A stretch of DNA of 17,643 nucleotides from a candidate division WOR-3 bacterium (lineage in GTDB: Bacteria; Hydrothermota; Hydrothermia; LBFQ01; DSFT01). Where the stretch lies: contig CBFGJN010000042.1 of assembly GCA_965649115.1 (NCBI GenBank), forward strand, positions 1 to 17,643, in the 5' to 3' direction. Every line of letters begins with the position of its first letter. Position 1 is the stretch's first letter. The position numbers and the translations under genes are program-made. Below are positions 17,520 through 17,643 of the stretch, piece by piece. The notes under the pieces were generated by a model that saw nothing but the letters and a program-made list of their open reading frames with translations, was not told the DNA's origin and searched no databases.

Positions 17520-17536
17520 TGCCTTGTCCAATAATT
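17520..17536 (-). repeat. Further terminal repeat of the family (TGCCTTGTCCAATAATT) leading into unrelated C-rich DNA
   Basis: Matches the right-end inverted repeat and begins exactly 9 bp after copy F. Confidence 0.75.
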
Positions 17537-17643
17537 CCCCCTCTACCTTCCCTATGGATACCCCCACTATATTTTAACTCATCCCCTCCCATATCAACCC
17601 CTCAATCAGCCAAATTACTATAACTATAAAAACTATTCATTAT

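Noticed and set aside
17237..17536. CRISPR array
   Set aside because: The period is about 189 bp, the intervening sequence is conserved with other copies rather than being a unique spacer, and there are no cas genes.

Overview
AT-rich bacterial chromosomal window of mostly housekeeping genes. On the minus strand is a three-gene unit (beta-propeller-like protein, cdaA, cdaR). It diverges across 48 bp from an unusually assembled translation superoperon: rpmJ-rpsM-rpsK-rpsD-rpoA-rplQ-trxA-Uma2-like-rplM-rpsI-rpsB-tsf-kbl/bioF-fba. Next come hpf-mrdA-rodA, a convergent 2-oxoacid:ferredoxin oxidoreductase alpha gene with no adjacent beta gene, and purA. The most notable signal is non-coding. All four intergenic gaps over 100 bp (91-479, 10830-11012, 15777-16013, 17220-17643) carry members of one repeat family of about 165-205 bp. 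The family has terminal inverted repeats (TGCTTTGTCYARTAA), ends joined by exactly 9-bp spacers, paired IHF-consensus sites, GNA-loop hairpins and a conserved G-tract module. It looks like a MITE-like non-autonomous element that accumulates in tandem next to its own ends. No transposase is present in the window. Other oddities are: operon-first genes that appear leaderless or short-leadered behind a shared TTTAAAATTT motif, an RpoA CTD lacking the usual DNA-binding residues, an RHE variant of the CdaA RHR motif, and an rpsI/rpsB overlap with an ambiguous, possibly ATA, start. All calls come from reading the sequence by eye; no searches were run.
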